Counted from the first letter of the stretch, positions 34,601 through 43,489 are shown. The stretch is DNA of 64,000 nt from Actinomycetota bacterium (GCA_036394995.1 DASWED010000111.1:72330-136329); one strand, 5' to 3'. Notes: a model not told the origin generated them from the sequence alone. Numbers and translations: made by a program.

Positions 34601-35046
34601 TCGGTGTGGCCTCCGGCGGCATCAGCGTGATGGGCGGCATCTACATCAACATCGAGGACAACAACGGGAACCAGGACACCACCCTGACGGGCTTCGTGAA
34701 GATGACCGGGGAGCTCGACGTCCTGGGGCTGATCACCGCGTCGGTGGAGTTCGACCTCTCGCTCACGTACGAGGACTCCGGCGGCGTGAAGCGGTGCTAC
34801 GGGCAGGCCGAGATCACGGTCGAGGTCAGCGTGGCGTTCTTCTCGGCCAGCGTGACCCTGGGGCCGGTCGAGGAGGAGTTCGCCGGCGGGGGAGGGAGCG
34901 CCCCCGCCCCGCTCCCCGGGGCGAGCTCGAACGGATCCCGGGCCCGGGCAGCCTCCGTCGACGACAACCACATCACGTTCGCGCAGCTGATGAGCCAGGA
35001 CGACTGGGCCGTCTACGCGGCGTCCTACGCCCCCGGAGCATTCTGA
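31639..35046 (+). CDS. giant hypothetical protein 1 (at least 1135 aa; probably Tat-exported, true N-terminus upstream near 31577)
   Basis: Uninterrupted 3.4-kb ORF with protein-like composition throughout. I recognised no catalytic or family motif. The C-terminal ~190 aa is Gly-rich with alternating-polarity beta-strand patterns. The conservative start is given; see the findings for the Tat-motif extension. Confidence 0.85.
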   Translation: MVGAGPARALAGSEARFGRASNPFPTFNLVRARDMLALSFEVHNLELKRKGQAGPGDTQTARLVRTVPDRPAYIVVVFEPQHLAEHAFFEVNDPMIPGDPGPETLMSPPVPSSLAGPSRLAFRVPANVAAVPFELDTLLTWGDWERSLAPLAQDPPRSGAGFRDPTVFTTDTALEVPWRLYLSPGPSSLWFHSHDPVTHTDPKDSRPRTELWHSRMGVHIGSASTEGGRIANPHNEEGGPLRAIWTPGFSTDQDPPDPNGLGPNPPERTSLKPNDRWQIVRLTAERDLQLFNQDTAYVPQPVDSDRFALSALGVFMDTKGAWPKVTTQGGVDHPWVSDLVKWDHRAAIGRDNYVRVIHSGYLLPFGHAAVVVTVTERKMQPAESGPLAGQLGGYLRQHAFIIPRRFTLGYPAASNQPNGARDFPFTNIKLKTLVTPNLEPYDGATPVTQTQVLKTNSQPYGSTAFWPMIPSSGGTPVDFEFVYEATDRDGNSIQFTAPQIFVSSTLADDKTKQDDIEQIIHEYGKATPSSRHTRSFNGQKVAFATFPGGEEGATAYEVDTMTFSAAPPVNTNAEPTDIPRFFPNLLKADVRLQAAERIAGKSLAKKPTIVYHDTYVANGQNNSKVFAMLVDSSTVKPPQPGKAKTAPTPEPLDMVLGADTSGGVLTPNMAITGLSAALGPMGGDLSSGLPSDFDPLEFFGNPASLPKILGGLDLWDIIHAVTGFSDLDKIPKTIESPLPDQIVVSLEWNPEPVHDPLNVFVPGGNCSISISAVSTTEINDNGTPGESTFEITGIIEDFQAQLVGDAFKAIVITFDHLSFSSVSGQKPNVDPAITDVTFVGVLEFVQKLQEFLSSIGFGNGGLSPGPATRNGALVSRKAQAADAPEDDGSGPSITVDETGINASLGVSLPAIQVGVFSLEGISFGAKLNIPFVDGPARVRFNFASQDAPFLITVSLFGGGGSVEVGLGLDGFESLTLTLEFGAKIAIDLGVASGGISVMGGIYINIEDNNGNQDTTLTGFVKMTGELDVLGLITASVEFDLSLTYEDSGGVKRCYGQAEITVEVSVAFFSASVTLGPVEEEFAGGGGSAPAPLPGASSNGSRARAASVDDNHITFAQLMSQDDWAVYAASYAPGAF

Positions 35047-38000
35047 TGGCGAGCTACACGCAGCAGGTGATCTGGACGGCAATCCCGAACGGGGTCACCG
35101 GGCCCTCCGGGAGCCAGGTGCTGCACGTCACGGCGTACGTCTCGCCCCGCCTGATGAGCGACCAGGCTCCCATGCAGGACCTGAGCAACTGGCCGCTGTG
35201 GACGGACTGGCCGTCGGAGGTGGCGAACAACCTGACGCTGTTCGTCCAGCTCGGGAGCGGGTCGCAGATCGAGGCCACCCGGGACCCCGCGATCCCGCTC
35301 GACTCCGACGCCTGGCAGAAGCTGTTCCCGCCGGACTCGCCGGTCCGCCCCTACGACTTCGACGACCGGTTCAAGGGCCTGGACACCCGGCGGATCCGGT
35401 CGATCCCGCTGTCGGCCATCCAGGACTTCGTGAAGACGCACTACACGGACATCGCGGTGGACCCCAAGACCGCATCGGGCTTCCCCTCGGCGAACGACCT
35501 GGTGTCGGTGTTCGGCCCCCTGTCGTTCGCGTCGAGCCGCACGGAGAACATCGCCAAGCAGCACATCGAGGACCTGCTGGACGAGGCCAAGGCGATCGGG
35601 GCGCTGGGGACCGCCCAGCTGAACTTCCTGCAGGCGAAGATGTACCACACGGTCTACGACAAGGTCCGGCTCCCCCACGACAAGCTCCAGCCCACCGTGG
35701 AGGCGGTGGACTTCCACCAGGCCCTGAGCTCGCTGAACGACCATCCGACGCTGCTCCGCCGCCTGGGCCTCGTCATCGATCTCCGGGTCCCCATCCCCCG
35801 AACGTTCTCGTCGCCGACCACGGTGAAGGTCATCCCGACCATCGCCCGGAGCGGGATGGTGTCGCCGGCCACGAACGCGCTGCTGGCCCCGCCCATGTTC
35901 CAGCCCGCGCCCCGCTCGAGCGGGCCGGATCTCAGCCGCGGGCTCCTGCGACTGGGCGACCCCGCGTACCACCTCCTGGAGATCGACACCGACGGGACCG
36001 CGCTCCGCCTGCGCCACTTCGCCGACAACCTGAACTCCGCGCACGGCCAGTACCACGCGCCGGACACGCCGGGCCGGTCCTCGGTCCCGGCCCTCCGGTC
36101 CGGGGGCCTCGCCGTGTTCCGCGACCAGTTCGCGCTCCACTTCCACCACCAGCTGCAGAACATCAAGGGGCTGCAGACCGCGCTGGGCGGCGGGACCCCC
36201 ACGTTCCATGCCGAGGACCTCCTGCAGGGCTACCGGTGGGACGTGTTCGACGCGACGTCGGGCCGGTGGTTCTCGCTCTGCCTCCGCCACGGGGAGTACA
36301 CGCTGGGAGACCCGAACGACTCGCCGGTGATGCTGTCGATCGACGACGAGGGCCTGGTGTCCACGGCGGTGAAGCAGGACCAGGACACGGCGGCCACCGA
36401 CACGACAGCCGATCTGTTCCTCCAGGAGACCCTGGGGCGGTTCACGGGAGGGAGCCTGGTGGCGCCGAGGCCGGGGAACCAGCTGTCCACCGACCCCGCG
36501 GCCCCGCCCATCCCGCCCCCCACCGACCAGCACGAGGACTTCAAGATCACGCCGGTGTTCACGCCGCGGGCCGGCTCGCTGCCGCCGCTCCGGTTCGGCC
36601 GGTCCTACCGGATGCGGGCCCGGGCGGCGTACCTCGGGGGAACGGGCCTCGGCCTCAACGGGCCGAACCCGAACGATTTCACCCACGCCACCGACGAGAC
36701 CGTGTACGGCCGGTTCGAACCGGTGCCGCCGCCGGGCATCCTGATGCGGGCTCCGAAGACCGAGGGCGAGCTGGTGGACCGCCCGGTGATCCGGAGCAAC
36801 TTCGACACCCCGCCGCCCCCTACGAAGGCGGTCGAACGGTGGATCGTTCCGCCGAAGACCTCGCAGCTCATGGCGGAGCAGCACGGGATGTTTGACACGC
36901 CGAGCGGGGTCGACGGCACGAGCAGCCTGTACGAGCTGATCGCGGCCCGGGAGAGCGGCTCGTTCCTGCCGGAGACCCTCCCCGACCCCGACAGCGGAGC
37001 CCAGCCGGACCCGAACGCGTACAACCAGCCCTACTACCCCGACGCCACGCTGCACTTCACGGTGGAGAACGGAAACCAGGCCGCCGTCCCGTACCTCCCC
37101 GACCCGCTCCCCAGGGCCGCGGCGTTCGTGGGGCTCCCCGGCGCGGCTGCCGGGTCGGTCTTCCAGGTGACGTTCGGCCAGCAGACGTGGCCCGGCACCG
37201 AGCCCATCAGGCTCCGGCTGATCGAGGGGACGGGCGCCCCGAGCTTCTCGGGCGGCGTGCTCACGGTGCACATGCCCAAGGCCACCATCGCCCCGGTGCT
37301 GCTCTCGTCGGCGCTGCGGGTGGCCGACCTCGACAAGCTCGGGATCTGGCAGTGGATCCTGGAGCGGGCCGCGGTGGACCCCAACGTGGCGAACAAGCTC
37401 TCGGTGCTGAAGGGTCTGGCGGTGCGGGGGCGGCTGTGGATGATGACCCCGTTCCACCGGATGGTGCTGGTGCACGCGGTGCGCCAGCCCCTGAAGGCCC
37501 CCCAGTTCTCGGCGAGCGCGAAGTCCACCAAGGCCAAGGTCGGGGACACGTTCGCCACGCTCACGGACACCGTGGCGATCAGCCGGCGGAGCACGAACCA
37601 GCTGGACGTGCTGGCCCGGTGGACCGACCCCATCGACCAGTCCGCGGCGCTCCCCAAGCAGCCGGTGGCGCACGCCGAGCACGTGGGGCAGGTCATGGTC
37701 CCGTCGGGCAGCCCGGACGGCTCGTTCGACCTCTCGATCCGCCACGAGATCAAGGACACGAAGTTCCACCGCGTGAAGTACTCGCTGGTGGCGAAGACGA
37801 GGTTCGCCGAGTACTTCATCCAGCACCGGACGATCCACCTGGTGGGAACGACCCCCGTGGTGGTCGCCGCCAAGGGGATCGTCGAGGGTTCGGACATCGT
37901 GACCGCTCCGGACGGATCGAAGAAGTACGCGCGGCACACCGACACCGTCGCCGGCGACTACACGATCGACTACGACACCGGGGAGGTCGCCCGCACGGCG

Positions 38001-39020
38001 GGGAGCACGATCCCGAACGACTCCGACGTGAGCGTGCAGTACCTGGCCAAGCCGATCACGCGGAGGTCCACCGAGCCCGGGGTCCCACCGACCGCAGCCC
38101 TCATCGTGAAGAACTCGGCCCGGCCGGACCCGCCGAAGGTGCTGTACGCCGTGCCGCTGTTCGAGTGGCAGGAGCACAAGACGGCGCAGGGGGTGGCCAG
38201 CAGGCGGGTCGGCCGGAGCCTGCGGGTGTTCATGGACCGGACGTGGTGGTCGTCGGGGGCCGAGGAGAAGCTCGGGGTCGTGTTCCACGTCTCGCCGAAC
38301 GCCGTGCTCCAGGAATGGGTCACGCGGATCGGCTTCGACCCCGTGTACAGGAGCTTCGTCTCCAGGTTCAAGATGACGACCGACCTGTTCCCGCTGGCCA
38401 CGGTGTTCGGGGCGAACCTGCCGCTGGCGGAGGTGGCGGGGGCGAAGGTCCAGGTGGCCGGGCACGAGGTGGACTTCGACCACCAGAAGGGGATGTGGTT
38501 CGCGGACGTCAAGGTGGACATCCCGCCGTCCTACTGGCCGTTCATCCGCATGGCCGTGGCGCGGTACCAGCCGTTCTCGATCGCCGGTGCGGAGCTGTCG
38601 CGGATGGTCCTGGCCGACTTCGTGCGGCTGGCCCCCGACCGGACGGCCACGGTCCTGCTGACCGACGGCGGGTTCGCCATGGACGTGTCGGTGGTGGGGA
38701 TCTCGTACCAGTCGGTCCGGAGCCTCCACAACTTCATCGGGGACACGGCGCTGACGAAGGCCGGGCCGGGGCGGATGGTGGTGATCCCGGAGACCCGCGA
38801 CCCCGGGATCCCGGATCCGGACCTGGGATGGAAGCCGCTGCAGGATCCCGTGGAGCTCTCCCCGCATCAGCTCCAGGATGGGCTGACCAGGTGGGGGCCC
38901 CGGTCGATGAAGTTCGGGTTCAAGGTGGGGACGAAGCCTCTGCGGCTGGTGTTCCGGGAGCGTGAGGACTTCGGGTCCGGGCGCTCGCGCCTGGTGTACG
39001 TCGACGTCGTGACGCCGTAG
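35046..39020 (+). CDS. giant hypothetical protein 2 (1324 aa), translationally coupled to giant protein 1
   Basis: The ATG at 35046 overlaps the upstream TGA (cTGATGg). The protein begins MASYTQQVIWTAIPNGV and has no signal peptide or TM helix that I can see. No recognisable family motif. The part of ORF 33879.. upstream of 35046 is shadow sequence of gene 1. Confidence 0.85.
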   Translation: MASYTQQVIWTAIPNGVTGPSGSQVLHVTAYVSPRLMSDQAPMQDLSNWPLWTDWPSEVANNLTLFVQLGSGSQIEATRDPAIPLDSDAWQKLFPPDSPVRPYDFDDRFKGLDTRRIRSIPLSAIQDFVKTHYTDIAVDPKTASGFPSANDLVSVFGPLSFASSRTENIAKQHIEDLLDEAKAIGALGTAQLNFLQAKMYHTVYDKVRLPHDKLQPTVEAVDFHQALSSLNDHPTLLRRLGLVIDLRVPIPRTFSSPTTVKVIPTIARSGMVSPATNALLAPPMFQPAPRSSGPDLSRGLLRLGDPAYHLLEIDTDGTALRLRHFADNLNSAHGQYHAPDTPGRSSVPALRSGGLAVFRDQFALHFHHQLQNIKGLQTALGGGTPTFHAEDLLQGYRWDVFDATSGRWFSLCLRHGEYTLGDPNDSPVMLSIDDEGLVSTAVKQDQDTAATDTTADLFLQETLGRFTGGSLVAPRPGNQLSTDPAAPPIPPPTDQHEDFKITPVFTPRAGSLPPLRFGRSYRMRARAAYLGGTGLGLNGPNPNDFTHATDETVYGRFEPVPPPGILMRAPKTEGELVDRPVIRSNFDTPPPPTKAVERWIVPPKTSQLMAEQHGMFDTPSGVDGTSSLYELIAARESGSFLPETLPDPDSGAQPDPNAYNQPYYPDATLHFTVENGNQAAVPYLPDPLPRAAAFVGLPGAAAGSVFQVTFGQQTWPGTEPIRLRLIEGTGAPSFSGGVLTVHMPKATIAPVLLSSALRVADLDKLGIWQWILERAAVDPNVANKLSVLKGLAVRGRLWMMTPFHRMVLVHAVRQPLKAPQFSASAKSTKAKVGDTFATLTDTVAISRRSTNQLDVLARWTDPIDQSAALPKQPVAHAEHVGQVMVPSGSPDGSFDLSIRHEIKDTKFHRVKYSLVAKTRFAEYFIQHRTIHLVGTTPVVVAAKGIVEGSDIVTAPDGSKKYARHTDTVAGDYTIDYDTGEVARTAGSTIPNDSDVSVQYLAKPITRRSTEPGVPPTAALIVKNSARPDPPKVLYAVPLFEWQEHKTAQGVASRRVGRSLRVFMDRTWWSSGAEEKLGVVFHVSPNAVLQEWVTRIGFDPVYRSFVSRFKMTTDLFPLATVFGANLPLAEVAGAKVQVAGHEVDFDHQKGMWFADVKVDIPPSYWPFIRMAVARYQPFSIAGAELSRMVLADFVRLAPDRTATVLLTDGGFAMDVSVVGISYQSVRSLHNFIGDTALTKAGPGRMVVIPETRDPGIPDPDLGWKPLQDPVELSPHQLQDGLTRWGPRSMKFGFKVGTKPLRLVFREREDFGSGRSRLVYVDVVTP

Positions 39021-39029
39021 CGCCCGCGG

Positions 39030-39665
39030 TCAGCGGTGGTCGCGGTGGCGGTCGGCCACCCGGATCACCAGCTTCAGTGCCGAGTGGGTCGCCGAGAAGC
39101 TCACCACCTTCACGTCGACCAGGCCGGCGGCGAGGGCGGCGTCGCGGACGTCGTTCTCGTTCACGTCCGGCGAACCCTTCCTCCACACCACCCAGACGGC
39201 GCCGTTCGCGACGATGAAGCTCCGCAGGGTCCGGATCCGCCGGAGGTCGGTGCGGTCCCCGACGCCGAGGACGATGAGGTCGCACCCCACCCGCCGGGAC
39301 TGGATGTGCGCGTTCGGCGTTCGGGCGGTCAGCTGGCTCAGGAACTCGGGGTCGTCGACGTTCAGCACGGAGACCCTGGAGCCGGGCTTCACGCCGAGCT
39401 TGTCGACGAGCGAGGGGGGGTTGCGGATCTTCTCCGCCCATCGCTTGGCCTCCGGTCCCAGCTCGAACACGGCCGTGGCGCCGGCGTGCTCGAGGGTCAG
39501 CCGTGCGCCGCTCGCGTGGACGGCCGTGACCTTGGCGAACGGGATCCGCAGCCGGACCTCGGACGCCCGGAACAGCAGCTCCGTGGACTCGAGCTCGGCG
39601 ACCCCCTCGTGGCGAGCGCCGTCGATCCTGGCGCTGCACTCGACCTTGCGCCCCACGCTCCCCAT
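39030..39665 (-). CDS. DUF3052-like protein
   Basis: 211 aa from the internal ATG at 39665. The C-terminal half LGVKPGSRVSVLNVDDPEFL...NGAVWVVWRKGSPDVNENDVRDAALAAGLVDVKVVSFSATHSALKLVIR recalls the DUF3052 family. The N-terminal ~80 aa is beta-rich. Confidence 0.6.
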   Translation of the reverse strand: MGSVGRKVECSARIDGARHEGVAELESTELLFRASEVRLRIPFAKVTAVHASGARLTLEHAGATAVFELGPEAKRWAEKIRNPPSLVDKLGVKPGSRVSVLNVDDPEFLSQLTARTPNAHIQSRRVGCDLIVLGVGDRTDLRRIRTLRSFIVANGAVWVVWRKGSPDVNENDVRDAALAAGLVDVKVVSFSATHSALKLVIRVADRHRDHR

Positions 39666-39752
39666 GCTCGCCCTGGTGAGGGCGTCTGACAACCCCCAGG
39701 TTTTCGGTGGCGGTGTACGCGGGGGGATGGCCTCGGGCGTATACACGGCGGT

Positions 39753-40310
39753 GTGGACGATGCGCCGACCACGCGCGAGGACGATCGGACGAACACAGGG
39801 GCCGGAGCCGGCGACTTCGAGGACTTCTTCCGGTCCCGGTTCGCCGAGGTGGCCCGGGCCATGATGCTGGCCGCCCACGACCGCGACCTCGGCGAGCAGA
39901 TCGCCGCCGAGTCCTTCACGAGGCTGTTCGAACGGTGGGCCTCGTTCGAGACCGAGGACCATGCGCTGCGGTTCGCCTACCGCACGGCGCTGAACCTGGC
40001 GACGTCCCACCACCGCAGCGAACGCCGGTGGAGCCTACTGCGGTCATCCCGCGGCCAAGAGCTGGGGCAGGATCCGGCGCCCGGCCCGGAGGAGGCCACG
40101 GCGAACCGGGCGGCGGTCTTCCAGGCCCTCCGGACGCTCAGCCCGATGCAACGCGCGTGCGCGGTGCTGGTGGACTACGCGGACTTCGACCCCGACGAGG
40201 CGGCCGTGATCCTCGGCATCGCCGCGTCCACCGTCAGGGTCCATCTGACCAGGGCGCGGCGGTCCCTCCGCGCCGCCCTGGGCGCCCCGGACGAGGAGCT
40301 TGAACCATGA
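39753..40310 (+). CDS. ECF (group 4) sigma-70 factor
   Basis: Region 2 (GEQIAAESFTRLFERWASF, RFAYRTALNLATSHHRSERRW) and region 4 (LSPMQRACAVLVDYADFDPDEAAVILGIAASTVRVHLTRARRSL). The exact start is uncertain. Confidence 0.8.
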   Translation: MDDAPTTREDDRTNTGAGAGDFEDFFRSRFAEVARAMMLAAHDRDLGEQIAAESFTRLFERWASFETEDHALRFAYRTALNLATSHHRSERRWSLLRSSRGQELGQDPAPGPEEATANRAAVFQALRTLSPMQRACAVLVDYADFDPDEAAVILGIAASTVRVHLTRARRSLRAALGAPDEELEP

Positions 40311-42481
40311 CCGCCGACCCCTTCGTCCGCGAACGACTCTCCGAGGCAGTGGATCACGAACCCGTGGACGTCGATTCGCACCTGCGGATGGCCATGACCC
40401 ATGGGCCGACCGTTCGATCTCCCCGCCGCTGGCCGATCGCGGCAGCCGCCCTGCTCGCCACCGGCGCGGCGGTCGCGTTCGTCGCGTGGACCTTCTTCGC
40501 GCACGATGCCGGCCCCGGGCACCGTCGCACCCCGGCGCCGGTCACGTCGGCACCCGGGTCGCCGATGCCATCGCCGGCGCCATCGCCGGCGCCCGGCACC
40601 TCGAAGATCTCCCTGCCCGATGGCGCGTCCGGGTACCGCCCGCTGGCGTATGGATTCGGGTCGCTATGGGTGGCGTCGTCGTCCGGCCATTCGGTGACCA
40701 GGGTGGACGCCGGCACGAACGACGCGACGACCATCCCCGTCGAGAGCGCGAACTCCCTGGCGGTTGGAGAGGGATCGGTGTGGGTGCTCGGGGATTCGAG
40801 CGTCTTCCGGATCGACCCCGGGACGGATCGCGTGGTCGCGACGATCGATGTCGGCCGGGGTGCACGGTCCATCGCCGTGGGAAGCGGCGCCGTGTGGGTC
40901 CTCGATTCGAAGCCTGGAGGATCCGTGATGCACCGGATCGACCCGAGCACCGGCCACGAGGTCGCGAGCGCGCGCGTGAGCGACTATTCCGTCGAGGTCG
41001 CGGCCGGCGACGAGGGTGTGTGGCTGCTCGTGGACGTCGACGCGGTGGTCAGATTCGACCCGGAGGCGAACCGGGTGGTGGGGGACCTCGTCCCCATCGG
41101 GGATCGGGACGACCTCGCGGTGGGCATGGGCGCCGTGTGGGTGGCGAGCCAGTCGTCCGGGGAGCTGACCAAGCTCGACCCCTCGAGCGGCCGGATCCTG
41201 GGCACGATCCCACTGTGTGGGGAGAACGTGGCCTCGGGCGGGGGCTGCGACGTCTGGCTCGGCGATGGGCGGGTGTGGGTGATGGCCACGCCCTGCTGCG
41301 ACAGGTTCCCGCGGCTCTGGAGCGTCGATCCGATGAGCGACGAGGTGACCAGGGTTCCCGTGCCGAGGGTCCCGATCACGCTGTGGGCCGTGGGAGGCGA
41401 GTCCCTGTGGTTCACGACCTCGGGGTCCTACCTGTTCCGAACGCTGGTCGCGCCCTCGACGCAGACGCCCGGTCCCCCTGCCTCGCCCTCGTCCCCGGCG
41501 CAGGCCGGCGTCCCCTCGCTCGCCGCGGTCGACTTCGTCGACGAGCAGCATGGATGGGTCGGGGGCGACGGTGTGGTCCTCGGGACGTCGGATGGCGGCG
41601 CGACCTGGAGTCGGGAGTACGAGGGTTCGGCGAACATCGACTCCATCCAGTTCGTCGATGCCTCGCACGGGTGGGCCCTCGGTGACCACCAGCTGCTCGT
41701 CACGTCCGACGGCGGGGCGCGCTGGACGGCCGCATCCGAGCCCGGCGATGGCCTCGCGCAGGTGCAGTTCGTCTCCGCGGCCGTGGGGTGGGGCATCTCG
41801 GGCGGCCTGGGGGCCCAGGGGAGTCCGGTCGTCCACACGCTGGACGGCGGCCGGACCTGGGAGGCCGTGAGCAGCGCTCCCCTCGCCGACTGGGTCTGCT
41901 TCGGGACGGCCTCCGACGGGTGGGTGGCCGCGGGGAAGGACGCGTACCGGACGAGCGACGGCGGTGCGACATGGACCCGCGCGTTCACCGCCCCCGTCCG
42001 GGGATCGGGATGGACCTCATCGATCGGTTGCGCCGGGCCTGCGGAGGCGTGGCTTCTCACCCGCGGCGGGGCTGCGATGAGCCAGGAGGCGTACGCGCTG
42101 TTCCGAACCGCGGACGCCGGGCAGTCATGGGCCCCGGTGGCGGCGGAGGCGTATTTCCCGGCCTATCCGAGCATCCATCTGCCGGTGTCGAACACGATCG
42201 ACTGCTACGCGGGGCCGTTCGAGATCGTGGGGCCCGGTCGCGGGGCGTTCGTGGGGGTGTGTGACCCGATGGACGTCCCGACCTCGGTATCGAGCTCCTT
42301 CGACGGAGGTCGGACCTGGACCCACGTCCGGATCCCCGGCATCGCCGACTATCCCTGGGCCGCGATCGGGTTCGCCGATGCGACGCACGGATGGCTCGCC
42401 GGATCGAACGACGGCCGCGGGGTGCTCTTCGCCACCGACGACGGCGGCCGGACCTGGCGAAGGGTCGACATCCGGCTCTGA
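40307..42481 (+). CDS. single-pass membrane protein with YVTN-like and Asp-box (Ycf48/BNR-like) beta-propellers; putative ECF partner
   Basis: ATGA overlap with the sigma stop. Short N-terminus, TM WPIAAAALLATGAAVAFVAW and a Pro/Ser linker. YVTN-like repeats follow (SVTRVDAGTNDATTIPV, VFRIDPGTDRVVATIDVG), then Asp-boxes TSDGGATW, TSDGGARW, TLDGGRTW, TSDGGATW, TADAGQSW, SFDGGRTW and TDDGGRTW. Confidence 0.8.
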   Translation: MTADPFVRERLSEAVDHEPVDVDSHLRMAMTHGPTVRSPRRWPIAAAALLATGAAVAFVAWTFFAHDAGPGHRRTPAPVTSAPGSPMPSPAPSPAPGTSKISLPDGASGYRPLAYGFGSLWVASSSGHSVTRVDAGTNDATTIPVESANSLAVGEGSVWVLGDSSVFRIDPGTDRVVATIDVGRGARSIAVGSGAVWVLDSKPGGSVMHRIDPSTGHEVASARVSDYSVEVAAGDEGVWLLVDVDAVVRFDPEANRVVGDLVPIGDRDDLAVGMGAVWVASQSSGELTKLDPSSGRILGTIPLCGENVASGGGCDVWLGDGRVWVMATPCCDRFPRLWSVDPMSDEVTRVPVPRVPITLWAVGGESLWFTTSGSYLFRTLVAPSTQTPGPPASPSSPAQAGVPSLAAVDFVDEQHGWVGGDGVVLGTSDGGATWSREYEGSANIDSIQFVDASHGWALGDHQLLVTSDGGARWTAASEPGDGLAQVQFVSAAVGWGISGGLGAQGSPVVHTLDGGRTWEAVSSAPLADWVCFGTASDGWVAAGKDAYRTSDGGATWTRAFTAPVRGSGWTSSIGCAGPAEAWLLTRGGAAMSQEAYALFRTADAGQSWAPVAAEAYFPAYPSIHLPVSNTIDCYAGPFEIVGPGRGAFVGVCDPMDVPTSVSSSFDGGRTWTHVRIPGIADYPWAAIGFADATHGWLAGSNDGRGVLFATDDGGRTWRRVDIRL

Positions 42482-42529
42482 TCGGGCCGCTCCCGGGTCG
42501 TGTCGGCCGGCCGGGGTAGGCTTCGGCCG

Positions 42530-43489
42530 ATGCTGAAGCTGCGCGCCGATCCGTGGATGCCGGACTTCGGCATGGGGTTCCAGGCGGCGGTGGAGGACGA
42601 GTCGTCGGCCCAGGCCAGCCCGTTCGTCGAGCGTGAGGACTGGTCGGAGGCGCTGTCGGCCGAACCCCCCGAGGTGCCCGGCGCCGTGTGGTTCGTCGAC
42701 GGGGTCCGCCGGGTCGAGGTCCGGGTGATCGCCGATGCCGACGGCCGCCGGGTGGCGGGGCTGTTCGGGTCGCACGCGGTCGGCTCGGTGTGCTCCGATG
42801 GGAAGGCCACGTTCGGGGAGCACCGGGTGGGGCGGGTGCTGGTCACGGGCGGGGGCGTGCAGCCCGACCCGGTCACGATCGACGTGGGCACGGCGACCCT
42901 CGCGTTCCAACCGGTGTGCGAACCGGGCGACAAGCCCGAGGCCCCCCTGTTCCGGTTGCAGCAGGAGATGCGACGGGCGGAGGCCGGCATGGCCGCGAGC
43001 CTGGCAGCGGAGTCGGGGCGGATGGTGCTCGTCGACGGGCCGCTCGGTCTGGTGGACCCCACCGAGTGCCCGGTGGTGGGCGTGGTGAAGCGGTATCAGC
43101 ACCAGTACCTGGGGCCGGAGGAGGAGTCCCTGATCGCGCGCCTGGAGCCCGGGCAGCGAACGCCGCTGTTCGGCCTGGGCCTGCCCGACGGGCCCGTCGT
43201 GCGGTACTCGTGGTACACGCGGCTGGTGCCGTGGCGGGCGCCCTGGCACGACCACGCCGGGGTGGTGCGGTGCGAGGTGCCGGCCGGGCTGGGGCTGGCG
43301 CAGGCCGTCGAGGTGGCGAGCCGGGTTTCGGCGCTGCTCCCGCGGTATGCCGGGCGGCCGAGCGATCCACGGGCCCCGCAGAACCTGGCGCCGGTGGGGG
43401 GCCTGGAGGCGTGGCTCCGGCACCGGCTGGGGCACGCGGGGATCATCCGGCGGGCCCTGATGGAGCGTCTCTCCGAGGAGGCGGCGTGA
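42530..43489 (+). CDS. nurA: NurA-like nuclease partner of HerA
   Basis: About 320 aa. Acidic DG motifs VWFVDGVRRVE and MVLVDGPLG are spaced as in NurA. Its stop overlaps the GTG start of the HerA-like ATPase (GTGA). Called mainly from this coupling plus the motifs. Start set at the ATG at 42530, preceded by GGGGTAGG. Confidence 0.55.
   Translation: MLKLRADPWMPDFGMGFQAAVEDESSAQASPFVEREDWSEALSAEPPEVPGAVWFVDGVRRVEVRVIADADGRRVAGLFGSHAVGSVCSDGKATFGEHRVGRVLVTGGGVQPDPVTIDVGTATLAFQPVCEPGDKPEAPLFRLQQEMRRAEAGMAASLAAESGRMVLVDGPLGLVDPTECPVVGVVKRYQHQYLGPEEESLIARLEPGQRTPLFGLGLPDGPVVRYSWYTRLVPWRAPWHDHAGVVRCEVPAGLGLAQAVEVASRVSALLPRYAGRPSDPRAPQNLAPVGGLEAWLRHRLGHAGIIRRALMERLSEEAA

Noticed and set aside
33879-35045. 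N-terminal 389 codons of ORF 33879..39020, which would make giant protein 2 1713 aa long.
   Set aside because: This part overlaps giant ORF 1 out of frame and is Arg/Gly/Pro shadow sequence. Clean protein sequence starts at the ATG at 35046, exactly at the stop of ORF 1.
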